From assembly GCA_001643675.2 (NCBI GenBank), contig LSRY02000014.1, positions 186,001 to 250,000 on the forward strand: a DNA stretch of 64,000 nucleotides, written 5' to 3'. Positions 12,845 through 24,600 of the stretch are shown one piece after another. How positions within the stretch are numbered: position 1 is the first letter of the stretch; each line of letters starts with the position of its first letter. The DNA is from Monocercomonoides exilis PA203. Taxonomy: Eukaryota; Protista; Preaxostyla. Made by a program: the position numbers and the translations under genes. The notes beneath the pieces were generated by a model. That model saw only the letters and a program-made list of their open reading frames with translations. It was not told the DNA's origin and ran no database searches.

Positions 12845-13640
12845 TTGAGTGTTGCTGCTCTATTTCCCACGGGATGCAGCACTGCACCAGTTCTCATCAA
12901 TCCTGCTCCTAGGATTAAAACTGTTTTCGAGTTCCTCCAAACGAAATATTGAGACATCGTTTCTTCCAGTAATATGCTCCATATCTGATTCCTCCATGCT
13001 GGAAGAAGAATGATTGCTCTCGCTATCATTGCTTTTGCTTTCTTGAGACTCGGAAGAATCAACGGAATCGGGGGATGAATGAGCATTGTGTTCATTATCC
13101 AATCTGCGGTAAGACCATCTTGAGCGAATGAACTTCCTGGACCATGCCATGTATCCTTCCTCTTGTTTCCTTCGTATGCGAACTCGTCTATCTCTGCTGT
13201 CACTCCTAGAGTTCTGTCCGCTTCTTTCGAACATTGACTCCTTATCATATAATCTCCTGCAGCATCTAACCTGGATAATGCGTCTGCGTTTGTATTTTTC
13301 TCCCTGGAATGTGCATTGCTGTCATCATCAATTTCATCGACTGACATGTGGCCCTAATCTTTCTCAATAAAGGCAGGAGGTTGGGTCCCGCACCCCACCT
13401 GTTGATGTTGAATACCACACTGATGTTGTCGAAACGGAGAAGGATCTTTCTCACATGATTGAGATTGATTTGAAATGAAAAATTGTTGAAAGGCAATTAA
13501 ACTCTCAGGAGCTCCTTGAAACTGGATGTTTGGAGCTTTATGCTGCTGTTGAGCTATTTGTCAAAAAGAAATCATTCTCCTCCAACAACAAAGATTTCTC
13601 CACAAGCACATGAAGAAGCATCTGTTGAAAAAATTGCATC
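12766..13640 (-). pseudogene. DIRS RNase H followed by a Dam-like N6-adenine methyltransferase domain
   Basis: RNase H: STDASS (about 13610-13627), RFDNISVVFNINRW, HIPG, NTNADALSR. MTase-like: IDEFA..NKR, DGL..DW, LIHPPIPLI, ILLPAWRNQIW. Confidence 0.8.
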
Positions 13641-13938
13641 GGGCTTCGAGAAGTCCACCAGCTCTCTACTGTGATTCTCCTTGAGTCTTTAAATCCAGAA
13701 GTCCAGTTATTTCTTAATACTGCTGTTCAAGTGTACAGCTCCTTCTCAACGAATTTTATTTTACCTCCTTGTTGATGAAATGGAACGTTTTGTTCATGTG
13801 CAACGAGGCACCTTTGAACACGAACTGTCCAGTACTGAGCTGTCCTGTGAAAGAAGCGAACTCTCTTATCTTTGCAGAGCTGTTCTTCCTCACCCTCTTC
13901 ATCCATTTGATACATTCCTGCCTCAGTTCCCTGCGTGT

Positions 13939-14837
13939 CTATTGTTCCACTGAGATAATCATCCGGTTCGAACTCCACGTCCATCCGAGAGAGTCAAAGT
14001 TCTTCTTGGGACTCAACTCGCTCTTCTCCGTGTTGATGATTAGCCCCAACTTTTGAAACAACTTTTCAATTTCTTGAGTTGCGGTCTTCAGCTTGACTTG
14101 ATCTGGATCCAGCAATGGGACATCGTCCAAGTGGGAAATGCATCTCACCTTCCATCTTCTTCGGATTTCTTTCGAAACTTTTCTCATAACCTTCGTGAAA
14201 ATTCGCGGTGCGTCTTTGAATCCGAAGGGCATGCCTTTGAACCCGCAGAATCTTTCTTCGAACTTAAATGCAAGGAATGTGGTGAAGCTCTTGTGAATTG
14301 GTGTCAGGAAATAAGCCTGAGAAAGATCTCTCGTTCTGTTGGAAGAACTCCCTTTTGGATCAGCCTCTCCACAGTGATAATCTTCCATTAAAAAATAATA
14401 TCTTTCAGTGCAAAAAAAAGGAGACAGTAATCGAGGATCTGACGGAATGTCCCTGTCTTCTTCTTTATGAAAAATATGTTGTTCAAGCAACAGACCTCTC
14501 CTTCTTTTAACAGTGTTAATATATCTGTCTTGAGTTCTTCTTGAATCCATTCTGGACTGGACTCTTTCTCCTCTCTGCAGCCCAGGAAGCCTCCACCTTT
14601 CTCCTTTTCCTGTTTCAACTTGTCCCTTGCAGCTCTCCCCTTCCTTATCGGATTTATCCCGTCTTCTATCGAATTGGCCACTCCTGTCTTCTTCCATTCA
14701 TAGGCAAAGGCTTGTGTGCAACCCCCGATATTTCTTCGATAAAAATTGCTTCTTGAGGCTGAATGTGTTGATCTTCCAGTTTCAGAGCTTGTGGATCTCG
14801 CTCTCCATGAACCAATTCTCCTTGTTCTTAGTGACAA
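13939..14837 (-). pseudogene. DIRS reverse transcriptase domain (frameshifted)
   Basis: IFFIKKKTGTFRQILD, DLSQAYF, GMPFGFKDAPRIFTK, HLDD (YxDD equivalent), LGLIINTEKS, SLGW. Confidence 0.9.
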
Positions 14838-16201
14838 GTGCGAAACAGCGCTAACTTGTCTCCGCTCTGTTCAAGGCTGCAAAATGGGCTTTATCCTCCC
14901 CAACTGCTATGTTTTCAATAACGAGTTCTTTTTTCTTCCTGAAGTGTTTTTGAAGTACTGAATCCGAATTTGGATTGAATATGCATGTGGCGTGCAGCTT
15001 GGATAGCTACGACTGTAAGCATCATTGCATCTCCCTGGATTTTTTGTGCTTTTTCTGTCATCCCTCGTGTTGCCATCAACATCGCTTTTGAAGCGTGAAT
15101 CAATAGGGATTCCACATTGAACGCTCATTCATCACAAGCACTGGAAAAACAACTGTGCGATTGCGAATGTAGATGGGTCGTCGCAAGCAGGAACGTGAAA
15201 ACCGATAAGGATTAATAATCTTGAAATGTCTGGAATAGATCTCCTTGATCCACATGATAAGCAAATACTGGACTCTAGAATTTTCCACAAAGAACAATAA
15301 AGCTGCCTCTCATAGAGGTTGCTATAGTGAGTGAGATGCGCAAAATGAACTGGTTGATGATGAGGTTTTTAAGGTAGTTAAGGAGATAGCTGACATTGCT
15401 GTGAATTGGGTGTCGGGAGCATCTGAAGTTGGAATGGAGATGGCGGGCGCCATTCTAATTCCGCCTGTATATCCGCTTTAAGGAAATATCCTGCTCGGTC
15501 CCGACGCAGGTCCTTCCAATAAAGTTGTCATCTTTCGAATTATGTGATCGGTTGAGCCCATAATGCAGGGCTCACTCCCTTAAAAAAAGAGGTGTTGAAG
15601 AGAACGATTTTTCTCTTGAATTAATGAACTCTGCACTTTAATAATGAATAATGACAAAAAAAAAACCTTTATTTGAGTGATGAACGAAAAATGATACAAA
15701 AGGGAAAAATTCTTAAATTTTTCTTGATTTCACAAAAAAGAAAAACTGAAATTTCACAAAAAAAAAAAAAAAAATGATGAAAAGAACTTAAATACTAAAA
15801 TATTCGATTGTGGATGAGTAACAGACGACTATTATGCATATTTTTGAACATAAATGTTGTTAACAAGAATTATTTCACACGATTATTCGTTGAGAGCAAG
15901 AAAATTATTTTTTCTCCTTCTGTTTGCAAAGTGTCCAAAAATTTGGTTAGTATAAAAATATAAATTTCAAAAAAATTTTTTTCCAGCTTGTCAAACTGTT
16001 AAAAAGTAATTATGAACTGTGATGTGATGAATGCGGTCACAAATAATACATAAACGTATCTAATCAAACAGATGTAATGGAAGGGTAGTTAGAATTATGC
16101 GAAATGAATTGTGATCTCTCTTTGAACTACAAATAAAACAAAACAGTAATGATATGAACGCCATGTAATGACATTGAGAACAAGAAAATAAAATAATACA
16201 C

Positions 16202-17365
16202 TCAAAAAATTGTTTTGAAGAAAAAGATTAACAGTCCTATCAAAATGATTAATAAAATCAAGATCAAGCAACACTTTCCTTTATCTAAAGATTGAATAGC
16301 AAAATAAAAAATTTAAAGGTTAATATTCAAATTATTAAAATATATCAGAAACACAAACTTTGGCTCTTCCTTAATTTGTCAATTGCCTTATTAAGAACCC
16401 CAATTTTTCTTTCATTTTGCTCAACATCTCTTGTTGCTTTTTCAATTTCTCTGATCATATTTTGGAATAATCAAGTTTAAGTATTATTAAAATAATAATT
16501 ACAACAGTTAAAAAGAATCAAAAAGGACATACTGATTTGAATTATCAAGCTCATGGCCCATTTCAACAGTCATTTCTGTCAAACGACCTGTTACTTGATG
16601 CAGCGCATCTAATCTGTCGTCTTGTTGCCTCGTAATCATCTTGAAAAAAAAATTCAAAACAAAAGAATGCTTTCATCGTTCATACTTCTTGCTCTTGATT
16701 TTGCTCCTCAATGCTTCTTTGATTATATGAAACTAATTCTTCGTCCAATTTACTCATTTTGTTTCTGCGTTCTGTTTGAAGAAGACTCTAAAATTTTCAA
16801 TTTTTTGAAACAGTTAAAATTTTCGAAACAGTTCAAACCTCTTTTTGCTTTTTCATGTTTTTCTCTTTAACACTTGCAGATTCCATGGATTTTTCTATTT
16901 TTTTAGATTTCATTTGTATCGAACGAACAAACGCTCTTCTCTTTTCTATCTCTTCATGAGACACATTATATCTCAGCGGATTAGCTTCAGTAACGTCTAT
17001 GAAATTAAAAGAATATTCATTGGTTATGCAATGTTTTTATAAAAAAGAAATGATTACCAATTGATTCAGAAAGCATCTGTAAATCTCGCAACAATGTTTC
17101 AATCGATTCTTTCAGATCATATGTAGCATATTGATAATCATCTTGATTTCCATTATCTAAAAGACTATTCCATTTTTCATATTTTTCATTTAATATACTG
17201 ACACTCTCCTCAATTTCTCTTAAAAAGAAAATAATTAATATTAATCCGAAATATTAATTTATAGAAAATATACGAACAAATAAAAGCTGAAATATAGCAA
17301 GCAATAAAAATGTCAAACCCTTTTATTAGGAAAAACGGATCCATTGAAGAAGAATCACTTGCCAT
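16202..17365 (-). CDS. STX6: Syntaxin-6/Tlg1-like Qc-SNARE, 7 exons (absent from the ORF track)
   Basis: Manual splicing through six GT-AG introns gives MASDSSSMDPFFLIKREIEES...LLRDLQMLSESIDVTEANPLRYNVSHEEIEKRRAFV (syntaxin-6 N domain), SNARE motif QQDDRLDALHQVTGRLTEMTVEMGHELDNSNQEIEK and C-terminal TM CCLILILLIILIGLLIFFF. Confidence 0.88.
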
Positions 17366-17907
17366 TAAAGTAAAAATAATACCAAATGTATAATATAATG
17401 GTTAAGAAAATTGTTGTGTAAATTATTAACATCTTTCTTTACAATCAACAATAATTCTTCAATACTAAAAATATTTAATTTTATCTAAAGGAGGAATGAT
17501 TTGTTGAGTTGAAAGCTTCCAAATTTATTCAACATATACAATTCAATAAAAAAATAAAATAAAACAGAACTTTCACAAAACAATTGCTCAATATTTCATC
17601 ATTTTTGGAAACTCAAGTTATCCATTTTGCAAGATGTTTTCTTTTTTATGACAATCATTATTGATAACATTTTCATTTTTAATAGAAAACACTTTTGAAT
17701 AAAAAAACAAACCAAAATCATTGATATTTTTTATCTATTTTTTAAAGAAAGTTTTGTGAAAAAGAATATTATGAAAAGGAGCGGAGGTGTATGACCAATT
17801 GATCAAAACGCCTCAAGACACATCAACTTCAACATAATACCATTTAACACAAACAAAAAAATAAATGGCGTTTATTTATTTAATACAACAACAAAATATT
17901 CTTGCAT

Positions 17908-19308
17908 TTAATATCTGTATTCTTCCTTCTTGTATGGTCCTTCAATTTTGACACCAATGTATTCTGCTTGGGCTGGCGTAAGAACTGTCAATTTTGCTCC
18001 CAATTTTGGAAGATGAAGGCGTGCTACTTCTTCGTCAAGAATCTTTGGAAGTGTGTAGACATCAACAGCTTTGAATTCACCACGGGCAATTCCAATTTGA
18101 GCAAGAGTCTGATTTGTGAAGGAGTTGGACATCACAAACGATGGATGGCCATTGGCGCATCCCAAATTCATCAAACGACCTTCTGCAAGGAGAATGATTG
18201 AATGTCCATCAGGGAATGTGAATTTGTCAACCTGAGGTTTGATGGTTTCTCTCTTGACACCTGGCCATGCAATAAGCTTTCCAACTTCAATTTCGTTATC
18301 AAAATGACCAATGTTTCCAACGATGGCCATGTGCTTCATTTTAGACATATGTTCAGCTGTGATGATGTCTCTGTTTCCAGTGCAGGTCACATACACTTCT
18401 GCAATTGGCAAGGCATCTTCAACTGTCATCACTTGGTATCCGCTCATGCATGCTTGCAGTGCGCAAATTGGATCAATTTCTGTAACAATAACGCGTGCTC
18501 CTTGTCCGCGCAATGACTCTGCGCATCCCTTTCCAACATCACCATATCCACACACGCATGCAACTTTTCCTGCGAGCATCACATCAGTAGCACGCAAGAT
18601 TCCATCAACACATGAGTGACGGCATCCGTAAACGTTGTCGAATTTTGATTTAGTAACAGAATCATTCACATTGACGCATGGGATCAACAATGATTTTGCA
18701 GCTTTCATTGCATATAATCTGTTAACACCTGTTGTTGTTTCCTCACTGATACCGCGAACTTCTGGAACAACTTTATGGAACCATCCTTTTCCGTTTTTGT
18801 CCCAAACCATTCTGATGGCTTTGAACAGGCATTCTTCTTCTTCGTTTTCTGGTTTTGAAAGTGTTGATTCGTCATCTTCGGCTCTGAATCCTTTGTGGAG
18901 GAAAAGGGTCATGTCACCACCATCATCGACAATTTGCTGTGGTCCAAGACCTCCTGGGAACATTGCAGCACTTGCGGTGTATTGCCAGTATTCTTCCAGA
19001 GATTCGCCTTTACGTGCAAATACATTCACACCTTTAGATGCAACATATGCTGCTGCTGCATCGGTTGTGGAGAAGATATTGCATGAGCACCAACGGACAG
19101 TTGCTCCAAGTGCTTTAAGTGTATCGATCAAAACGGCTGTTTGAACTGTCATGTGAAGACTTCCGCTCAATCTAACGCCTTTCAATGGTTGATCCTTGGC
19201 ATATTTCTCACGTGTTTGCATAAGTCCTGGCATTTCATGTTCTGCAATTGTAACAATGCGCTGTCCAAGATCTGCAAGTCCGATATCAGCAACAACAAAA
19301 TCACTCAT
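17908..19308 (-). CDS. ahcY: S-adenosyl-L-homocysteine hydrolase
   Basis: [58 protein letters not shown] and YRY terminus. Intronless. ATG at 19308. Confidence 0.98.
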   Translation of the reverse strand: MSDFVVADIGLADLGQRIVTIAEHEMPGLMQTREKYAKDQPLKGVRLSGSLHMTVQTAVLIDTLKALGATVRWCSCNIFSTTDAAAAYVASKGVNVFARKGESLEEYWQYTASAAMFPGGLGPQQIVDDGGDMTLFLHKGFRAEDDESTLSKPENEEEECLFKAIRMVWDKNGKGWFHKVVPEVRGISEETTTGVNRLYAMKAAKSLLIPCVNVNDSVTKSKFDNVYGCRHSCVDGILRATDVMLAGKVACVCGYGDVGKGCAESLRGQGARVIVTEIDPICALQACMSGYQVMTVEDALPIAEVYVTCTGNRDIITAEHMSKMKHMAIVGNIGHFDNEIEVGKLIAWPGVKRETIKPQVDKFTFPDGHSIILLAEGRLMNLGCANGHPSFVMSNSFTNQTLAQIGIARGEFKAVDVYTLPKILDEEVARLHLPKLGAKLTVLTPAQAEYIGVKIEGPYKKEEYRY

Positions 19309-19393
19309 GTTTTTTCCACGTATGATCTGTCCCAATTCTGCTAAAAAATTTAATTCCGATTGCGCAAAGTCAGATCACTTAACATCATTCAAT
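19309..19393. promoter_or_regulatory. 85-bp bidirectional promoter between ahcY and P1 with symmetric CAGATCA motifs
   Basis: TGATCTG at 19323-19329 and CAGATCA at 19371-19377 lie 14 and 16 nt upstream of the two ATGs. Palindrome TTGCGCAA at 19360-19367. Confidence 0.7.
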
Positions 19394-19818
19394 ATGGCCA
19401 CAAAAGAAGAACTTGCATGTGTATACGCTGCTCTTATTCTCCACGATGACAAAATTGCAATCACAAAAGACGCAATCCAAGCAATTTTAACAGCAGCCAA
19501 TGTTAAAGTTCCAGCATATCTTCCAGTGTTGTTTGCAAAGATGCTGGCAAACAAGAACATTGAGGACCTTTTGTTCTCAGGAGGAGCTGTTGCTGCTCCA
19601 GCGCCAGTTGCAGCAGCTGCATCCTCAGAACCATCTCACAAGGATGACAAGAAGAAGGGAGATGACAAAAAGAAGAAGGAGGAAGAAAAGAAGAAAGTTG
19701 AAGAAGAAGAAGAACAGGATTTAGGAGGGTTATTTGACTTCTGTATGCCAATTATTTTTATTTCGATTTTTTGCAATTTCTTTTTTATTTTCTTTGTTAT
19801 TATTTCTCATTTTCAGAA
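19394..19818 (+). CDS. RPLP1: 60S acidic ribosomal protein P1; intron 19743-19816 splits the stop codon
   Basis: [19 protein letters not shown]...[15 protein letters not shown](19742) + GTATG...TTTCAG + AA(19817-18) gives TAA after splicing. Confidence 0.95.
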
Positions 19819-20066
19819 AAACTCTCATAATTTCCTTTTCTCTTCGTCCACTTCGTTTATTTGCACGAAATTCCGTGCAAATATTTCAAACAAAGCGGCA
19901 AATTACTCTTATTAAAAGAAAATTTCTTTCAAAGAAATATTAACATGTATTTTCAAAATAAATATTTTTATTTAACGAATGAAGGCGAATGGTTGTGAAA
20001 AAAACTAAAAAACCAAACAGAAAAGTTAAATTTTAACTTAATAATAAAAAAATTAAAAATTATAAA

Positions 20067-20846
20067 TTAAAAATGTTCAGATTCCGCATTTTTAAAATTT
20101 CTAAGAATAAAAAGCATATTAACATAATCATTCTTTTCAACATTAACTGAATAATCAATCTTTGATAAGAGCACAGTTTCTGATTGATTTAACACATCCA
20201 AAGGTATTCCAAATATTTTTGACCACCAGCTGTTGCGATATGGATGATCTCTTTCCACTTTTTGCGTTAATAGAATTGAGCACAAAAGAAGGGTTCCCAA
20301 GTTTCCTTCTGAAATGATGCTGTGATGCCCCCTTTCCATTCTTTTTTCTTCAGAACTGCAAAGTCTTGAAATGATTATTATGCTATGAGCCATCTCTGCT
20401 GTTGTCATCTGGGCATATTGCCGTGCAAATCTATAAAAATTTATTATTTTATCAAGCATTGCATTCCCTGCCTCTGAATATCTGAAGCATTCGACTCCGT
20501 TTTGATCTATCGATGGTTCAATTTTAAACAAGTCTGGCATATGGGCAGAAAGAAGAAGAGAGATCACTTTTGATCCTGCATCAATCCATTCATCTGATGC
20601 TAATTCAACCGAAAGATCATACAATTCTTTTTCATTAGCCTGCGAAAATTCATGATTCTCGAAATGGCTATCCTCTGATTCATATTTGGAATATGTTTCA
20701 GCCAAATTGGGGTAATCACTATGCTCTTCTTTTGCATCCTTTCCAGATTCCATAAAAGAAGCCAAACAACAAGCGGGCTCAACGCACTGAAGGAACTTAG
20801 AAAGTTTCAAACTTGGATCAACAGCGGATAATTCTTTGTTTATCAT
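20067..20846 (-). CDS. PHO80/U-type cyclin-box protein
   Basis: SIIIISRL...NLGTLLLCSILLTQKVERDHPYRNSWWSKIFGIPLDVLNQSETVLLSKIDY matches the PHO80-like cyclin N box. Confidence 0.8.
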   Translation of the reverse strand: MINKELSAVDPSLKLSKFLQCVEPACCLASFMESGKDAKEEHSDYPNLAETYSKYESEDSHFENHEFSQANEKELYDLSVELASDEWIDAGSKVISLLLSAHMPDLFKIEPSIDQNGVECFRYSEAGNAMLDKIINFYRFARQYAQMTTAEMAHSIIIISRLCSSEEKRMERGHHSIISEGNLGTLLLCSILLTQKVERDHPYRNSWWSKIFGIPLDVLNQSETVLLSKIDYSVNVEKNDYVNMLFILRNFKNAESEHF

Positions 20847-21076
20847 AATTTTAAAACTAATGAATAAAATGATCGAAAGACAATTATAATTAACTATGGG
20901 TCAATCACCATTTTCGCACTGCTTGAAATTAGTATTTTTAACAGCATTACTCGAAAATTTTAATAACTTCTTGAAAACTGTCACAAAATGAATTTATTCA
21001 TTTGCCAATTGTGATTTATCTAATTTTTTTTCAAAATTAAAATTTTGTAACTTTAACTTTAATTGAAAAGTTTTTT

Positions 21077-21560
21077 GGCAAGATGCTTCTTTAAGGGTAC
21101 CCGATTTTTTCGATAAATCCATGAATAAATAGCTAAAAAATGCAATGTTAAGATATTATAAATACATTAGGGAAATAATAACCAATTGATCAAAACTGAA
21201 AATGATTGAATGTTTTTTTTATTCAAATCTTAAGTTTTACGAGACTTTTTTCAAACTTCATTTGAATACTTAAATTGAGTTATTATCAGCCCTGACGTTC
21301 ACAAATAGCCCTTTAAAACTAATTGTATAACCTGAAAATGTCTTTTTCTTGTTATTTAATGAATTTCACAAAAAAGTCATTCAAAATATCAATTAGGGGT
21401 CAGTTGTGTTTGAGAACGAAAACACTAAAAAAATTAGATGATTAATAAAACATATTGTCAACGCCAAAGAGTGTTGATGAAAGTTCACTCGAAAACATTT
21501 TGCCTTTTCATGAAGCTAATTTTAAATTTTTTTTAGGTACCCTTAAAGTTGCCCTTTGCC
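21077..21560. mobile_element. 484-bp Merlin-type MITE
   Basis: 25-bp TIRs starting GGCAA (21077-21101 and 21536-21560, 20/25 matches), flanked by the 8-bp direct repeat AGTTTTTT (21069-21076 and 21561-21568). Confidence 0.85.
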
Positions 21561-21686
21561 AGTTTTTTTAATTCTTGAAATTCCAAGATTATTTTAAAAT
21601 ATTAAGAACTATCTTTCATTTTTGTTAGTTTTTTTTTTGATACCATTTGTGACATGTATTTAAAAAAAAAATAATAAGAAATTAAT

Positions 21687-24600
21687 TTACCTCCTCATAA
21701 AAACTTCATTTGGATCTTCCAAAGCGCTGTCATCAAGCAACGGATGCTTTGACGAATAAAAGTCATCTTCACTTTTATCCTTCCAGCTTTTCTCATCACT
21801 TTGCTCTCCTTTTCCTTCTCTCCTTTCGCTTCTGCTTCTGTGCCTGTGATTCCAGTCATCCTCATCCTCGTCATCATGACTCCTATGGCTTCTTCCTCTC
21901 CTTCTTCCTTTTCTTCTCGATGCTTCTTCTTCATCATCCTCCTCATCCTCATACTCACTGTCATTCCTCTCTGTTCTGCTTCTCCTTCTGTCTCCGTTAC
22001 GGCCACGCCCTTCTTCTTCGATGTCTTTCTCCTTCTGCACATCCTTCCCAAAACGACTCCGTCTCTTCCCAATCTCTTCTTCTGTTCTGTGATATGCTTC
22101 CTCGCTGTGTCTGTCTCCTTTGTCTTTTCCACTCATACCATCGCTGTCTTTGCCTTGTTCTCCATCATTCCATCCTGATGTTGCTGATTGTGAGACAGGA
22201 GGCCCCCACAAACTGTGTCTCGATGAAGACTGCTGCTGCTGCATCTGTTGTGATTGTTGTGATTGTTGTGATTGTTGCGAAGAAGCTGATTGGCTTCCAG
22301 CTGACTGCGCAGCCAGTGCCTCTTTGATGCGGAGTGCCTTCAGCTTCGCCTGCTGAATGGCATCTGTTACGCTTTCCTTTGACATGGTGGGTGTAGTGAA
22401 AGAGGTGGAAGAGTAAGACGAGGCTGATGACGAAGGAGAGGATGATGAGTTGTGAGATGGGTATGATGACTGCTGTTGTGATTGATAGGCTGCAGCTGTG
22501 GCAGCGCCTTGAGAAGGTTTTTTCTCGCCCAGCTTCTTCTTCACCAGCTTGATGACTGAGTCGAGCTCCTTCTCGCTCTCCACCGAGCGCACTGTCCGCA
22601 TCCACTCCACAATCTCCAGCACTCTCTTCCTCTGCTGCGGCACCAGCGTCGAGTGGTACGTCTCATGCAGCGTCCACACGAAGTCTGCCCGCACACTCCC
22701 CCTCAGCCCCGGGTTGACTGACGAGTACAGATACGCAATGAGCGTGGCCAGGTTGATGCGCGCCTCAGACTCTTCCTCCTGCTTCCTCCACTCCTCCACA
22801 GCCACCCGCGCCATCAGCGGCAGCACAGCCGTCGTCAGGTTCTGCTTCTCGTCCAGCGTCGGCAGCAGAATCGACATCGCCTTCTCAGAATCCACCTCCC
22901 CAACAGCCACCTTGTGTACTATCACATCCCACCCGGGGCACAGGCTGTTCGCTGCCTCCACCACCTCTTTCCCTCCCATCACTTTTACTGTCTCGGAGGG
23001 CAGCTCATGGAGAGAGGCACAATGCAACTTCGCCTCCTGTTTCGCCCTTGCTCTCGCCTCTTCCTCGCTGATGTGGTTCTGCTGGCAGTACATCTTCCAC
23101 TGGAAGTAGTCAAATCCTTCGCTCCCTTCCACCAGGAACGAGTGCTGGTTGCCTCTCCGCTTCTCTTCAGGAGTCATCGCGCTGAGCATCGCCTCTGCTG
23201 CCTGCTGCTTCTCTTTGAGGGCAGAAATGTCTCTTGTCGCATACTCACTCACAAACTGGTCGATGAATGCTGTCAGCTGCTCTGAGGGTGGAGGGCCAGA
23301 AGGAATATCAGAGACAAATGGATTGGATGGTGGAATAGACAAAGAAGAAGAGGAAGAAGGGAAGAAAGAAGAAGAGCGAGGCTTGCCAAGAGGAATGGCG
23401 TTGGCGTGTGTACCGAATGCACGGCCTGAGGAGGATGTAGATGTGGAGGTAGATGATTGGGTGTCTGTTTGGTTGAGAATGGTTGAAAGACGAAGAGGAG
23501 TATTCGATGGAGTTGGCTGGGGCTGAAAGGAAAAAAAAAAGAAAGAACAAAATTGAGATTAAATAATAAATAAATAAATAAAGAGAATATATTTTTATTT
23601 CATTTTTATCCAAAATGGACACAAATGCAGCATTAGAAGAACAACAAGAATTTCAAAGAAAAATAAACATTAAAAAAAAACGTGATAAAAACAGAAATAT
23701 CACAAACCTTTCCGAAATTGACTTTTAAAGGTGCTCCATTAAAAAGTGTCTGATGCATAGCAATCTTTGCATCTACAGCTTCCTCTTTTGATGAAAATGT
23801 AATGAAGGCGCAACTCTAACATTCATAAACATGAATTAAAGAAAAATCAAATAATAATATTTATTGAAAAAAAAATATTTTTTTACAACTCAAAATTCTT
23901 AGTCAAGTAAAAAATATAGTCACAAAGAATAAAGCTTTAATTCACATAAACACATTTCACTCTTCCAATTCAAATCATCTCTCTTTCGTTCTCTTCGCAC
24001 ACTTTTGCCAAATACATCTTGATTGTCTCGACTTTTCCGAATGGAGAAAAGGCCTCTCTCAATGCTGCCTCTTGTCCAGCGATGTTTGGCGTGCTCACCC
24101 AAAGTGTAGCACAACTCGCTGGATTTGCCAGTTCTCTTTCTCGTTGGGTCATCGCTGGTGCAGATGCTGTGAATAATGAGGAGATATTGCATAACATAGT
24201 GAAAGAGTTATTAAAATATATCAAAATGATATAAAATTAATTTCAGTATATATAAATATCAAAAAATCATAAGGCAATGTCAAAATCCAACTTCATATTT
24301 CAAAGATAGTTCCAAAAAAATTGCATCAACAGCGAATCAAGATATCAACACACATTGAGATTGGTTATAAGGATTAAAAGCGAATGAAGAAGTGCCCGAA
24401 GAAGGGAACGAAGAGGAAGAAGAAGAATTAGCTGATGTACCTGAGCCAGCAGAGTTGTATGAGCTTGCAGAAGATCCAGATGATGAAGAACTTCCAGACG
24501 AAGATGCCGATCCCAATGGAAGAAGCGATGAAATGAATGATGCTGTCGAAGTGACCGAAGAACCGCTTCCGGCTGCCCCGCCTGCTCCAGCATTCGAATA

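Larger units (their letters stand above)
11315..15540 (-). mobile_element. Degraded DIRS-type tyrosine-recombinase retrotransposon (boundaries approximate)
   Basis: GC-richer block. Minus-strand order is gag-like, RT, RNase H, MTase-like, then YR overlapping the pol end. Many stops and frameshifts. Confidence 0.85.

Noticed and set aside
15553-15574. Hairpin TGAGCCC-N8-GGGCTCA near the DIRS 5' end as a terminal structure
   Set aside because: No matching inverted terminal repeat or internal complementary region could be found at the other end.
19196-19915. 239-aa ORF as annotated in the track
   Set aside because: Its N-terminus is antisense ahcY and its C-terminus is intron read-through. The real CDS is 19394-19818.
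17794-21196. Shared 16-mer ACCAATTGATCAAAAC at about 17794 and 21181
   Set aside because: Isolated match with no flanking similarity; may be chance in AT-rich DNA.
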